Source: Camelus dromedarius
Taxonomy: Eukaryota
Assembly: GCF_036321535.1 (NCBI RefSeq)
Contig: NC_087437.1
Location: 65,412,001 to 65,476,000 of the forward strand
Length of the DNA stretch: 64,000 nt
Direction of reading: 5' to 3'
A model generated the notes under the pieces. It was not told where the DNA came from, did no database searches, and worked only from the letters and a program-made list of their open reading frames with translations. The first letter of the stretch is position 1; the number at the start of each line of letters is the position of its first letter. Of the stretch, positions 13,941 through 26,519 are shown one piece after another. The position numbers and the translations under genes were made by a program.

Positions 13941-14634
13941 TATTTTTCTTATTTTAACCATGACATTAATAGGATTTAATGCTACAACTTTAAGTCAGAA
14001 TAAAGGAGAGGAAAATAAAGGTAATTAAATTAAATTTCAAAAAAGGAAAACAGTTTTGAAACAAGCAGAAAGTTCTTAAAGAAAAATTTATGAAAGCCTA
14101 TTTAATAAGACCTTATTTCAGAGTTAGAATCATGAATAAGTCTGTGACCACCACAAAAAATAAACTAAAGTGAATCATATTTCCTATAAATTTCCTAAAT
14201 GGCAAGAACTCTATTCTTTTTGGTATTGGATTTTGTTGTTGTTGTTGTTAAACAGCATTAATTCTAAATGATACTAATATACAAAATAGGAAAAATAATT
14301 CCAGAAAAAACGATGCTCATTTACATGAGTACAGTCACAAAGGATCCATGTACGTGACTAGTCAATGTTTAAAAACATTTTCACAATTAAATAAACAAAC
14401 AAAAATACTTTGGCGTGTAATGATTTATAAAACATAATTTTGTAAAATGATTGTTAACAAACAAAATGTTGAATGCTGCCAACAGAACTGTATGGTGATT
14501 TTTAAGAAAGCTTTTTTTGGAAAGCCATTAAACACTGCCATCTACAAAACTTGTTATTCATGGACTGGTTGGTTAAAATGTTCAGCCAAATGAATGCAAC
14601 AAAACTTAAAATTGTTGGCTTTTGCCTACCGTAC

Positions 14635-14685
14635 CAAGATCAGCCTTAAGATCTGTTGGCAGACTTAACTTTCTTGATCCTTTAA
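14635..14685 (-). CDS. STXBP5L: Putative 51-nt cassette exon of tomosyn-2, paralogous to the tomosyn-1 PKA/SUMO-site segment
   Basis: Strong acceptor ctttttcctttttctgttgtttcag and donor TTG|gtacgg, phase 1-1. Encodes VKGSRKLSLPTDLKADL versus tomosyn-1 AKMSRKLSLPTDLKPDL (14/17 identical, comparison from memory). Confidence 0.8.
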
Positions 14686-17600
14686 CTGAAACAACAGAAA
14701 AAGGAAAAAGGCAGTTGTTAATATATAAAATTAAAGAGGAGTGTGAGGGAGCAGTATGTTTTACAGTAAAATTATTAAGATCCTGATGAACATTATACTT
14801 AGGGAGCATGTATGGAAGCAGAAATACTGTTCAGTGATAGTTTGTTGTCATTCAGTAGTAAATATTTAACATGCAAGCAGAAATATGAGAAAAGCAATTG
14901 TTCTTACAGTAAATAAGTAAATCTTTTACGTAGTTTTTTTCACATGTGGCATGAGAAGTGATTTCTTATTTATTTTGGAAAGAACCCAAAATCAATTTCA
15001 GATAAATCTAACAGGTAAAGAAATACTGCAACAAATGTATAAGCTTATATCATAAATAACAATGATAAGGGTAAAAACTGATGTACTCCGTAAATATTTT
15101 TTTGAAATAGAATTCTATTATCGGTGTAATGTGATGTAGTTGAGTAAACTTTACCATGCCTATGGCAGATGAAATGCCTTCAGTACTGAATACTAAATGT
15201 TAAATTCAGTAGATAAGAAAAATCTGGAAAATAAAAAAATTTGAAAATAAATTTAATTGTATTATAAATCAAGCTGTTAGAAAATGAAAAAACCAAGAAA
15301 ACTCCTATTATTTATTGAAAACTTGCCTCATTATCTGTTAATAAAAATTTTACATTGGGCATCGGTAAAATATTTAACTGGAATCTATGTTATCACATAA
15401 AGAAAGGCATTGGGGGAATCATGTTAAAATATTTTCTGTCAATACTTATATTAAGACTCAAAATGATACTACCAATTAATTTATACCTTGTAGTGAGTGA
15501 TCTTCTTTACAACTATGAAAGTTATTTTAAAATAAAGATGGAAGATAATATAGCAGGAAGAACACTCAATTTAAAATCAGAAAACATGGCTCACAAATCT
15601 CTGAATTGTTAACACCTAGTTATAAAACTGAAAAATCCCTTCATCAATTTGCAGCTTAATCTTCTTATCTTTCAAATAATATTCTTGATACTATCTCTAA
15701 TATTTCAGCTAGAATGATTGGAATACATCTTATATTTTATAAAACCTAAATATAATAGAAACCTAAATATTACTTTTTGTGAGTCATGAAATATTACTCA
15801 TATCTTGATTTTTTTTTCTTAACCATTTAAAAATTAAAAACCTGTTCTAATTCACAACTCATAACAAAACAGGTGGCAAGCTGGATTTGGCCTGTGGGTT
15901 GTAACTTGCTGACTACAATATGGCATGCTAAACAACTTACTAAAGGAAATCTAAGTATTATCATTCTAATAAAAACAATAGCAATAGGCAGTTGTCTCTA
16001 TGAAAAGTCATTAAATAATTCTATTAAGGAGAAATCAGTAAATCAAATTACAGTAATTTGTGTTTAGAATTAGCAGCACAGATTGTATTTATATAAAAAC
16101 ATGGCAAACTAAATAAATATACGTGGTATTTGTGCTTCAGAAGAGGTTGCAAATAAAGTATATTTTGTAAATTGATACATAATTCAGATGGACTTAGGGA
16201 GTGGAATGTTTACTATTTAAAATCTTTCACTTAATTTTGAAAGTAGGAAGTAATTCTTTATAATGTAAGGATTTGTTCCATAATTTATCCTTTTAATTTT
16301 CTATTTTGTTTTAAAATGAGGTGTTGCAACATATCTATACAGTATTAATTACTTCAAAAATGGATTACAAAGATGCTTTCAAAAAGAGGGCAAACAGTCC
16401 CTTTCTATTAGCCTAATATCTAATTTACTGTGGCTCTCAGATCTGCTCCACTCTTGGGGATATGCTCTCCAATTTATCACCTGCCTTTTTGGCTTCCTAT
16501 AGACAACTTTCTACCTGAAAATTGGGGGCCCCCTTACAAACCCTATCCTCAATTGTATAATTCGGGGAGGAAAAGAGAATGATTAGATGGTGTGATTAAT
16601 TGGTGAAGTTCTTTAATAACAATGTTAATAACAACTCTCCTGTTATTTATGCACAGAGTAATGTTCTCACTTGTCCAACCACTAGTAAACTACTCATCCT
16701 TCAAGACAGCTGAAAAATCACCATCTTTCTGAAGGCAGCTTCAAACTTAAGGCTTCATTTGGTGCCATTATCTTAACTTTTCATAGCATCTTGTGTACCT
16801 CTCTTCTATAACACATTTTGTTATACTTGATTTTTTTTTTTTTTACTCTACTACCAGCTAACATCCTGAAACTGAGTTCTCTAAAGACAGGGATTGTATC
16901 CCTAATGTCTAATCAATCTCTGTACAGCAGTACTTCCTAAGAGTCCACTGTCTTTTCAAGAGTGACATCACATATTTGATGCATAATGGGCTTATTCTCC
17001 CAAAAAATCTGTCATGCTGTGTATCTTCACACAGAATACTATCTTTAATCCTTCAACACCTTGAAAAACTACGTGTCTTGGCTCACAGTAATACAGAGAA
17101 TAGTTCCATAGATGATCTGGCTATGGGGCAGGGAATATTGCTGCATCAAGTATTAGACTTACAACAGTTTGACTTCTTATGGTCCTAGTCCTGTTAGATT
17201 CTGGGAAAATTGTCAGTAAATTCTTGCTACTTTAATATGTTTTGGCTTACATTTTTGAAGATAAAAACAAAATTAAAAAGAAAAGAAAGAAAATTCATAA
17301 CTGTGCACTAAAAGGTGAATTTTATCCTAATGTAAATTATATGTCACTAAATTATATGTCACTATTTTAAGAAAACATAAAATTTGAAATAAAGTGTCCC
17401 CCACAGATAGGATTTAATCACTTACCTAATCACATCTATCACATTACTACTTACCTAGAAATTGTTAGGATGGCATGAGACCAAAGGTGACACAAATAAG
17501 TGACAGTATTAGCTGATGGCAAAGTACATATTAATATTAATCTATAAATTCAGGCCTAAAGATCAGGTGATGGCCAAGCCCTACAATAGCACCAGATTGT

Positions 17601-18999
17601 AAATCTTTTCAAGACTATTCATCTCTACTCCTAGATTTTCTGCCTCCCCAAAACAGATTAGTTACAGTAATAAGGCAGGGTAGTCTGATGGTTTACCATA
17701 GCTTATACCAGAATGAGGTCATATGCTCAGCCCTAAATTTGAACAGAACTTCAGGCATTACAACAGGGTTTTGCCTGAGAGACTTCAGTATGTCTTGACT
17801 GTATTTTCTATCATCTGTATATTCATATGCCTTTTTTTCTAATTCCTGATTCAATTCAAAGTCAATGAATAGTGCAGCCTGGATCATCTGAGGAATGTTA
17901 TATTGGCTTCAAATAAGTTTTAGTCAGATCCTTGATTCCACATTTGAATCAAAATTTTAGGAACAGAGTGTACCCTGAATCAGTCTGAATATGGCTACTA
18001 CTTTAATGGGAAATAACAAAATGCTAGGTTAGAAATTTCTAACTCAAAGCTTCTGATAAGTTGTTTGTTGATTAGGAACAACTGTATTGACTTTTTGATT
18101 TCATGAAGTATTTCTAGTTTGTTATGTCTAAGCTACAACTATTATTTGGAAATTTAGAATAGTCAGGGAGAACAAATTCAGTCTCTTTAGGCCATGGATG
18201 TTCATCACTGCTTTTATAATAACCGCTAATATATATTATTGAGAATCTATGTTCTGAACACTAGCACACAGTTAAGATTAAGAAACTTGGCTAATGTTAT
18301 ATTGGTAGAAAGTGGTAGGGTAAAATCAAATTTATCTTGACTCCAAAGTTATGTCCTTTCCGTTAAGAAACACAGTCTTCCTGATATAGAGATAACCACC
18401 TCTGTGGCCTAGATATTTTCTGTAAAATAAATAAATCTAACACTAAATTAAAATAAACAGTTATTTGGATTAAATGTTTGTAAAGTTTATCTATCTATTG
18501 ATTAATTAACTGACTGGTTGGACTATAGTAATAAACTTCATTTGTCTATCTTCCCTATACTACAAACGAAGATAGGACAGAGGTGTATACATACAGGTAT
18601 AGTTAAACCACATACATACACAAACATTTTGTGGTCACCATGCCACGGTGGAGCAATGAAAGATCTACATGCTTCTAATTTTGTGGCCATTTCCCTCTCC
18701 TTTTTTTCAGAAATGGCTAAGATACAGGCAGGCAAAGAGGCATATTTCTTGGAATTGGCCCCAGCATACAAAAGTTTAATGTCATGACTCTACTTTTCTT
18801 GCCACCTTAAAATATGTATTACATTCCTATCTAGACAATGATAATGAATCAGTGACTTTTTGTTACTGTCATATGAACAAGTGTTAAATGATCATGAAAC
18901 TTTTTTTCTGTTTTGTCTGTCTTGAATTATAAACTCCGAGAGAGAACTAGGTTATTCAACACACTTTTTTTTTAAAGCACACAAAAGGAGGTCAAGTAA

Positions 19000-19230
19000 T
19001 TTGGGGTCAGAGGACCTTCAAGTCTAAGAATTTGGGTTGGTTCTGACTAAGCCATGTCCTAGCAGAATAACCTTGGGCAAGTTATAGAATTATTTTTCCT
19101 AGTCATAATTCTCCACTCATATAAAATGAGAATTGTACCAACTTTACAGGATTGCTGTAGGGCTAAATATGATAATATACATGAAAAATACCTTGTTTGC
19201 ATTCAAATACTCCACTAATGTTGATTACAA
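19000..19230 (+). mobile_element. MIR
   Basis: taaccttgggcaagtta...ataaaatgagaatt...aggattgctgtagggctaaatatgataatatacatgaaa. Confidence 0.65.
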
Positions 19231-20543
19231 TATTATAGCAAATAAGTCTTAATAAATTCAAAATTTGATAGTTTGGTGATTTTATAAACTATCAAAACTA
19301 AAAATTACTTTCAAAACCAGTTTTTCCTGGAAATTAAATGGTAAACTGTATTTCTGATGTTTCATGCAAAATATATATAAGCTTTTTTGAATCTCTTTGT
19401 TAAAACATTGTCTCTTTATAACTCAGCAATTTCTTACTTTCTCACTGCTTGGATGTCATATAATTTTGATTGTGATTATTTTTTGTAATTCCCATATTTC
19501 TTGTTACTATTTTATTAATGAAAATCAGGGGGGATGCTTAGGATTTACAACCAAATATAACTAAGTTGGGATTCTAGCTCCACTTATTTAAATACCCTAA
19601 GCTTCAGTTTTCTCCTCAGAAAAAGTCACAGTGGTGTTGTGTTACATAAGAAAAAAAGGAAACTACTGTCTGGAAAATTGTGGGTTACTATTATTTTTAG
19701 GTTCCTTGGTCACTGATTTTATTTGGGGTCTAGAACATTGGTAGGTAATACTTGTTAAAATTGTAAATCTAGTCATAACCATTCTTTAATGAATGCCTAA
19801 TTTAAGACAGCTGCGCAAACTGTGTCTGATTCTTATTTAGTCCCTATGAGCAGCATCAAATATTCAATGACTGCATAAAACGTGTAGGTCCTTTCTTTCT
19901 GCTCACTATTTTTGAGAACACTGCCCCTTTGAGGCAATTCTTTTGTGGAGTTTCCATGATCATCATCATTGTTTCTGATCATAGAAAATATTTAATTGTA
20001 TTGTGAAGAATTATGGAGAATTTTTACAAAACCACTCTACTTTTTGGCCCTTAGGGTTTCTCTGAATTCTCTGTTGGGCACTCCATATTTTCTTATAGGC
20101 CTAATGAAATTATCAGTGTTTAGAGTGGAAAACACCACTATTAAAAATTTTGAACATTTAAAAATCCTTCACAAAAGCATTAGGAATTACTGCTCTATAT
20201 ATCTCATGAAGTTGGTGTCTATGGTTTTAACCATTTTCTCCATTCACAATGAGGGATCTATGTTTTCAGCACAACAAATAAGAATAAAACTTTTGAGACA
20301 AATTGTGAATTCTAGAAAATTGTGGCGATATGAATAACTTGTTTGTAAAAGAGATTTTCACTCTCATCTGGCAAGTGATGAACCTGATTCCTCTGTCTTG
20401 CAGCTGGTATTTCCTATATAAGCCTGGTGCTGCCTGTCAATCATTTCTGTTCCAAATAACATACTACAAAAGTAGTCAAAACCTTCTTGTTTTGAAGCAA
20501 TATGTTTGATTGCATGCACAGTCCTCTGAGTCTGCCTTGCTAA

Positions 20544-20597
20544 ATACATACATACATAATACATACATACATACATACATACATACATACATACATA
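20544..20597. repeat. (TACA)n tetranucleotide microsatellite
   Basis: Read directly; one interruption. Confidence 0.95.
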
Positions 20598-20759
20598 AAT
20601 AAAATGACAGTGATGCTGTTTCCAGATCTGCTCTAACAATAGAAGAAACATAGGCAGAGGGCTAAAAGCAGGATGTCTGCTAAAAACCTATAGCAATCCT
20701 TATAATTTAACTATGAAATCTTAAAAGATGTATATATGAGATTGGGGAAAAAAGAAAGA

Positions 20760-23700
20760 TATCTGCTAAAACCACATCTATTCAACACTGTTTTGGAAGT
20801 CCTAGCTAATTTCTTCCTTTAGAAAGAAGAAATAGAACTGTCATTTTAACAGGGAACATAATTGGATATATAGAAAATCTAAAAGAATTTACAAATTATT
20901 GAAATTAACTAAATTTATCAAGTTTTCTGGGATTAAACACTGTATTAAAAACTGTATAAAATAAGTAATTAATTAATTGTATTTTTATATTTAGCCACAA
21001 AAAAAGATAAAAAATTTACAACATAAAAATCCAATACAGAGGAATAAATCTAGTGAAAGATGTGCAAGACCTCTACAAAGCTAAAAACTTTAATTACTGA
21101 AAGTAGACACATAGACACTAAATGGAAAATTCATTATTGTTGAATATTAATTCTGACCAATTGATCTATAGATCCAATAAAACTGCAGTCACTATCCAAG
21201 TGTATGTTTTTTTGTGTGCAAACTGATAAATTTTTTTAAAAAGTTATATGGAAACACAAAAGACCTAAAATAACTATAATATTCTTGAAAGAAAACCACA
21301 AAAACAAAATTGGAGAACCTACACTGTCAGCCCTATATAAAGCTACAGCAGTTAGAGCAGTGTGGAACTGGATAAATGACAGATAAACATGGAAATGAAA
21401 TAGAAAAAAGTCTAGAAACACACATATACATGGTAAAGTAGGCTAATTTGTGGCAGAAGTACCATTTTAGTGCATTGGGGGAAATGAGAGTTTTCTCATA
21501 AATGGACACCTAAATGAAAGTAATAAACTTTAACACTTTCCTCACAATAGACACAGAAATACATTTCAAGTGGAACTTGAACTTAAAAGTGAAGGTAAAA
21601 CAATATGGCTCCTAGAAGATAGGGAAATAGTTTTATGACCTTGGGGTGGACAAAGATTTTTTAAAGAACATAACACATAAAGCACTAATAATAAGAAAAT
21701 ATTGATAAATTGAATTATATTAGCATTAAAAACTTCTGTTTATCAAAGATCACCTGTAAGAAAGTAAAAGGTGAGGCACAGAATGGGAAAAATATTTTGT
21801 ACTGTATACATGCAACAAAAAGACGTCTATGTATGTATCTACATACATACACAGAATTCCTTATAGTGAAAGAAAAAGTTGGCAACATAGTAACAATGAG
21901 TAAAAGACTTGAATATCTTATAAAAGAGAATGTTAAAAATAGCCAATAAACATAAAAGTTCATCAAAATCATTAGACATCAGGGATATGTAATTCATTTT
22001 AATTCCACAATGAGATAGCATTATGTACACCCCAGAATGACTGAAACTGAGGGGAAAAAACATTGGCAAGTATCTGTAACAAACAGAACTTTTATACACT
22101 GTTAATGGAAGTGAAATTGGTGCAAGCAATTTTTATTTCTAATTTTTTAAAATTTTTAGCAGAGGAGGTAATTAGGTTTATTTATTTTAAATTGGAGATA
22201 TTGGGGATTGAACCCAGGACCTTCTACCTCCTAAGCAGGCACTCTACCACTGAACTATACCCTCCCCACAAGCACTTTAGGAAACGCAATAGCATTTACT
22301 GAAGCTGAATATATGCATACCCTATGACCGCAAAACTCCACTCCCAGACACATGTAACACAGAAATGAGTTTATATTTGTATTAAAATTGTACAAGACTA
22401 GTTTTGTACCAGTCTAACAGCTTTACTTATAATAGCCCCCAACTGAAAACCACCTAAATGTTCAGTAATAATAGAGTCCAAAATCCACAAAACTAATATT
22501 ATGATAAAAGTCAGAATCATAGGTAAGTTTGTGAGGGTTAGTGGATGAAAGGGGCATAAGGGAGGTGTCTGGGGTTCTAGTAACATTTCGTATTTTGATC
22601 TGGGTATGTTTACATGGAATATTCATTTGGGAAAACTAGTCTACCTTAACTCTTAAGAATTATGCACTTTGAGATTTATATATTATACCTCAGTTAAAAA
22701 ACAATTTGCCCCAAAAGAGGTAAGCCAAGGTATACAAAAGAATTACAAATAAGTAAAGCAAGAGTTGTGGTATTAACAACTAGGGTGAATTCAGGTGAAG
22801 GACACAATAGAAATGAACAATGGTGATTAATGGTAAAGAATGCACTTTTTGTGGATATATTTTTGAATATTTATACATAAATATTTTAAAAAATAAACAG
22901 CAGACACAAGGAAAAGTAGAAATATGCTATTAATACAATATTTTAATTCACCTTTTCCACATCTTTGACAAGTCATTAAAATATAAGTACGGACATGTAT
23001 GACTTAAATAACATAATTAATAAGGTAACACTTAAAGCTAACTGATGCCACACATTTACATTAAATAACTCTTGGGCCAAAGAAATATAAACTAATTGTC
23101 TACTATATAGAAAATGTTAATGCAACATAATTTATCAAAAGTTATATGTTTAATGCATATTCAAAGGAAAATTTAGCCTTGTTAACTCACATCAGTATGT
23201 AAGAAATTATAAATGAATTAAGCATCTACCACAAAAAGTTAGAAAGGGAAAAATAAAATGAAGGAAAGAGGAGGAAATGAAGATAAAAGCAGAAATAAGT
23301 AAAAAAACCAAAAAAATTCAATAAAATCATTGTTTGGGTTTAAATAAACAGCAAAATAGATCAACTATTAGCCTAATTAAAGAAAGATAAACTCTCAATC
23401 TTTGCATATGTACACTGTATTTTTAGAAATTTTCCTAATGAATTTTTTGTCTTTTCCAAGAAAGTACAAATATACAAAATAAGTAACTATAAAGGATAAA
23501 TGACTTGACAGGGGAATTTTTACCAAAACGTAAAAAAAAGTAGATAACCAATAGTATTTAAATTGTTAAGCATAAAGAAGTCCTTAAAAGATCAAGGTCT
23601 GATTATAAAAAAACTTCACTAAGACAAGATATACTATAAGCAAAGTTAAAAGTTAAATTGAGAAAAATATTTGGATCTCATGTCACAAAGGGAAAATCTT

Positions 23701-24320
23701 CTCAACTTATGAAGGGGATTAATTATTATGAAAAGAACAAACAACACTATAGAAAATGCACAAAGTATAAGACTAGATGATTTACAAAAAATTATTTAAA
23801 GAGCTCTTAAATATATGAAAAGGTATCAATTCACTTATAATGTGCTTATAATTTGTGAAAGATAAATTGAAACTGCACTGACATATCCCTTTTATCAAAC
23901 AGACTTTCAAAAAAAAATAATAACCAGTATTTGCATATTATTGCAGGAAGAAGAGAAAACTGTTGTAAACCCCAAGGAGAGCAATGGGGAGTATTATGAT
24001 TAGACAAAGTGTATACTCTTTGACCCAGCAACTCCGATTTTAGGAATTTAGATATACCTGTTAGATACCTGCATACATTTAAAGTGAGGAATGTACCAAG
24101 GTTAGTCACTGTAGCATTTTTGTTTGACACAGGCAGTAGGATGGTACTAAACTAAATGTCCTTTCATTGGTGAAATAAATTATAATACATGCATGCAAAT
24201 TAATATCATATATAAGAATGAGAAAATACCTTATGCAATGGAAAGCAAGATACACTGTAAAGTGAAACAAACAAAGTATAATGAAATGCATACAATATAC
24301 TACTTTTGTATAAAACAGAA
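20760..24320 (+). mobile_element. Degraded old sense LINE-1 fragments (L1ME-like)
   Basis: ORF2 motifs (ttcaacactgttttggaagtcctagc, gatgtgcaagacctctac) and a 3' UTR near 22500-22700. Confidence 0.7.
22140..22268 (-). mobile_element. Camelid tRNA-derived SINE (Vic-1-like)
   Basis: ggaggtaattaggttta...ggggattgaacccagg...ctctaccactgaactataccctcccc, with pol III A and B boxes on the minus strand; flanking caagca(a/c)ttt repeat. Confidence 0.85.
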
Positions 24321-25466
24321 AACAAAAAAGAACATGATATGCAAAATGAAATCGAAGAGGGAGAAACGGAAAACACAGACACCCGTTAGAGTATTTTCGT
24401 GATATTCTAGGTATAGTGTAACACCTAAATTAGAATGATGCCAGAGGAAATGCAAAAGAAAGGGTAAATGTATGAGAACATGTCTAAAATAAAAGCAGTA
24501 ACATAAGGATTAAATAGATATAATTAAAAGAAAAATTTACACAGGATACAACTAGGTTCTACTCAGCCTACATTCCTGAAAAATAAGAATAAACAACTAA
24601 CGACTCAAGGGAGTAAACTGAAGAAATACCAGAATTCTAACTGAATTTCTAAAAGTCAAATTTCACTGCTTTTTAAAGAGATTACTAAATGTTTATAAAT
24701 TTGTATGAAGTTAAAAATAACTTAAATAACAATGAATTATTTTTTGATACGCTATGAAAAAAGACCTACAATTCAATGTCAAAGATAGACCTAATGTTTT
24801 TGGTGTTTAAGAATTTACACATTACTAGATATATACATTATAGAAAAATCAGACAAATAAAAATTTAAAAAAATAAGCAAATCATTCACAATGTCACCAC
24901 CCAACAATTTCTACTGTTAACATCTTTTTTCACATACCCTAAAGACTTATTCCTAAGAATCTTGATACTCACATTTTTAATACATTTTAATAGGTTCACA
25001 CTTTATTTTGATTTTTTTATTTCTGACATGTATTACCATTTTTTTCTTTGCTAATGAATATTCATGTTTCAAAACTATGGTCCAGAAGAATGGTTTCATA
25101 CGCTTCTGTACCTATAGTATATATTTCCCAATAATTTAGCTCTAGCTGTAAGACAGAGTTTCTGTGTATTACCAATTTTTACTTGGCATTATTACTATAT
25201 CACATATCTGCAAAATAACCTTCCTTTAAGTGTCTTTAAAATATTGCATTCGTACCTCTGATCTTAATTTTTGGGGAAGGCAAAAATATTTAAGATAATT
25301 ATTTCTATTTTATTTTGGAATCTATTTTAACTTATGATTAAATTTCAGAAACAAAATTACATCTAATTACTAAAGTTATAAATTTCACATTACAAGAATA
25401 ATGAAAATAAGGCAGTAGATTACTGCAGTGAATTACCAGAGCCTGAAAAATACCACTCAAGTTTAC

Positions 25467-25532
25467 CTGAAGTGGGAGACTTGCAGCGCTCAAGTTCCAG
25501 GGGAACTGGAGTGTCATTCAGCTCAGTTAAAC
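25467..25532 (-). CDS. STXBP5L: Tomosyn-2 coding exon, 66 nt, phase 1-1
   Basis: tcatttttag|GTTTAAC...ACTTCAG|gtaaac. Encodes (S/G)LTELNDTPVPLELERCKSPTS; the RCKSPTS motif is shared with tomosyn-1. Confidence 0.95.
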
Positions 25533-26519
25533 CTAAAAATGAAATGATAAAAAATTAGAAATTTTCCTAACATTTCATAGATAATTCTTATTTCTTAATT
25601 CCTATAAGTTTAAAAAGATTTTTCCCCTGTGAAAACTTTTCTATGCTCATATTATAATTATTTTGAAAAATTTTAACAATAATACAGAAAAAAATAAGGA
25701 GCAATAACTGATATGCAAAGGGTAATTGAACATGATGGTAGAAAGATATAAAATCTCTTACTTTTTCATATGAAATAGCCATTTTAATAAATGATTTAAT
25801 TTCACTGTAAATAAACCAAGAATAATATAAATTAGAAGGGCTTTTTTTAAAAGATCTAATCAGATCTTCCACTTTCAAGAGACACGGTTACTGGTTTTTT
25901 AAAAAACCTTTAAGGAGATGTTACAAATTAAAAACTTTATAGTTAGTTATAAAAATGCAGTATTGTGTAATAAATACTAAGTGATGTGTTCAATGGTATC
26001 AGTTGCTTCTTATAATAAACACTGTTTTTCTCATTTCTAATATTTCTTATTTTCTATTGTCATTTCTCTGACAAATAAAAGGATAGGCACAATAGAATAA
26101 ACATTTTGTAATTCCCACTACCTGTCAGTCTGCATTCCTATGGCATTCATAAAATAACCTTATGGTTTTCCTACCGTTGTTGGAAGGTTTCACATATTTT
26201 TTCTCTGTAAATAAATATTCAGTTTCTGCTTTAATGTAAATCCCCATACCCAGGAGTACTTAAGAGCTATTGTCAATTACCAAAACTGTCTTTATTTATA
26301 TTCCTTTCCACCACCCCGTCCTCTATATAATTTGTACCAATAAACCTGTAGGTTCAAAAAAATCAGAATTTTAGAAAAGATCCATTGTGACAGCCTAGCC
26401 TAACCCTATGTTTTATAAATAAGAAATTGTCAGTTTGAAGAGTTTAAATTATTTAAGGTTTCAGAACTAAGTAGTGCCAAAGTTTAAATAGAATTCTTTA
26501 TATATTTTGGTGAAGAGTT

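Noticed and set aside
1..14600. Next canonical STXBP5L exon (DHVNGHCTSPTS...)
   Set aside because: Not found by eye; it probably lies beyond the left edge of the window.
17693..17887. 64-aa minus-strand ORF (MIQAALFIDFELNQ...) bounded by cag and gtaaac
   Set aside because: As an exon it would be 191 nt and open only in phase 0. In the incoming phase 1 it stops within about nine codons, and I see no similarity to tomosyn.
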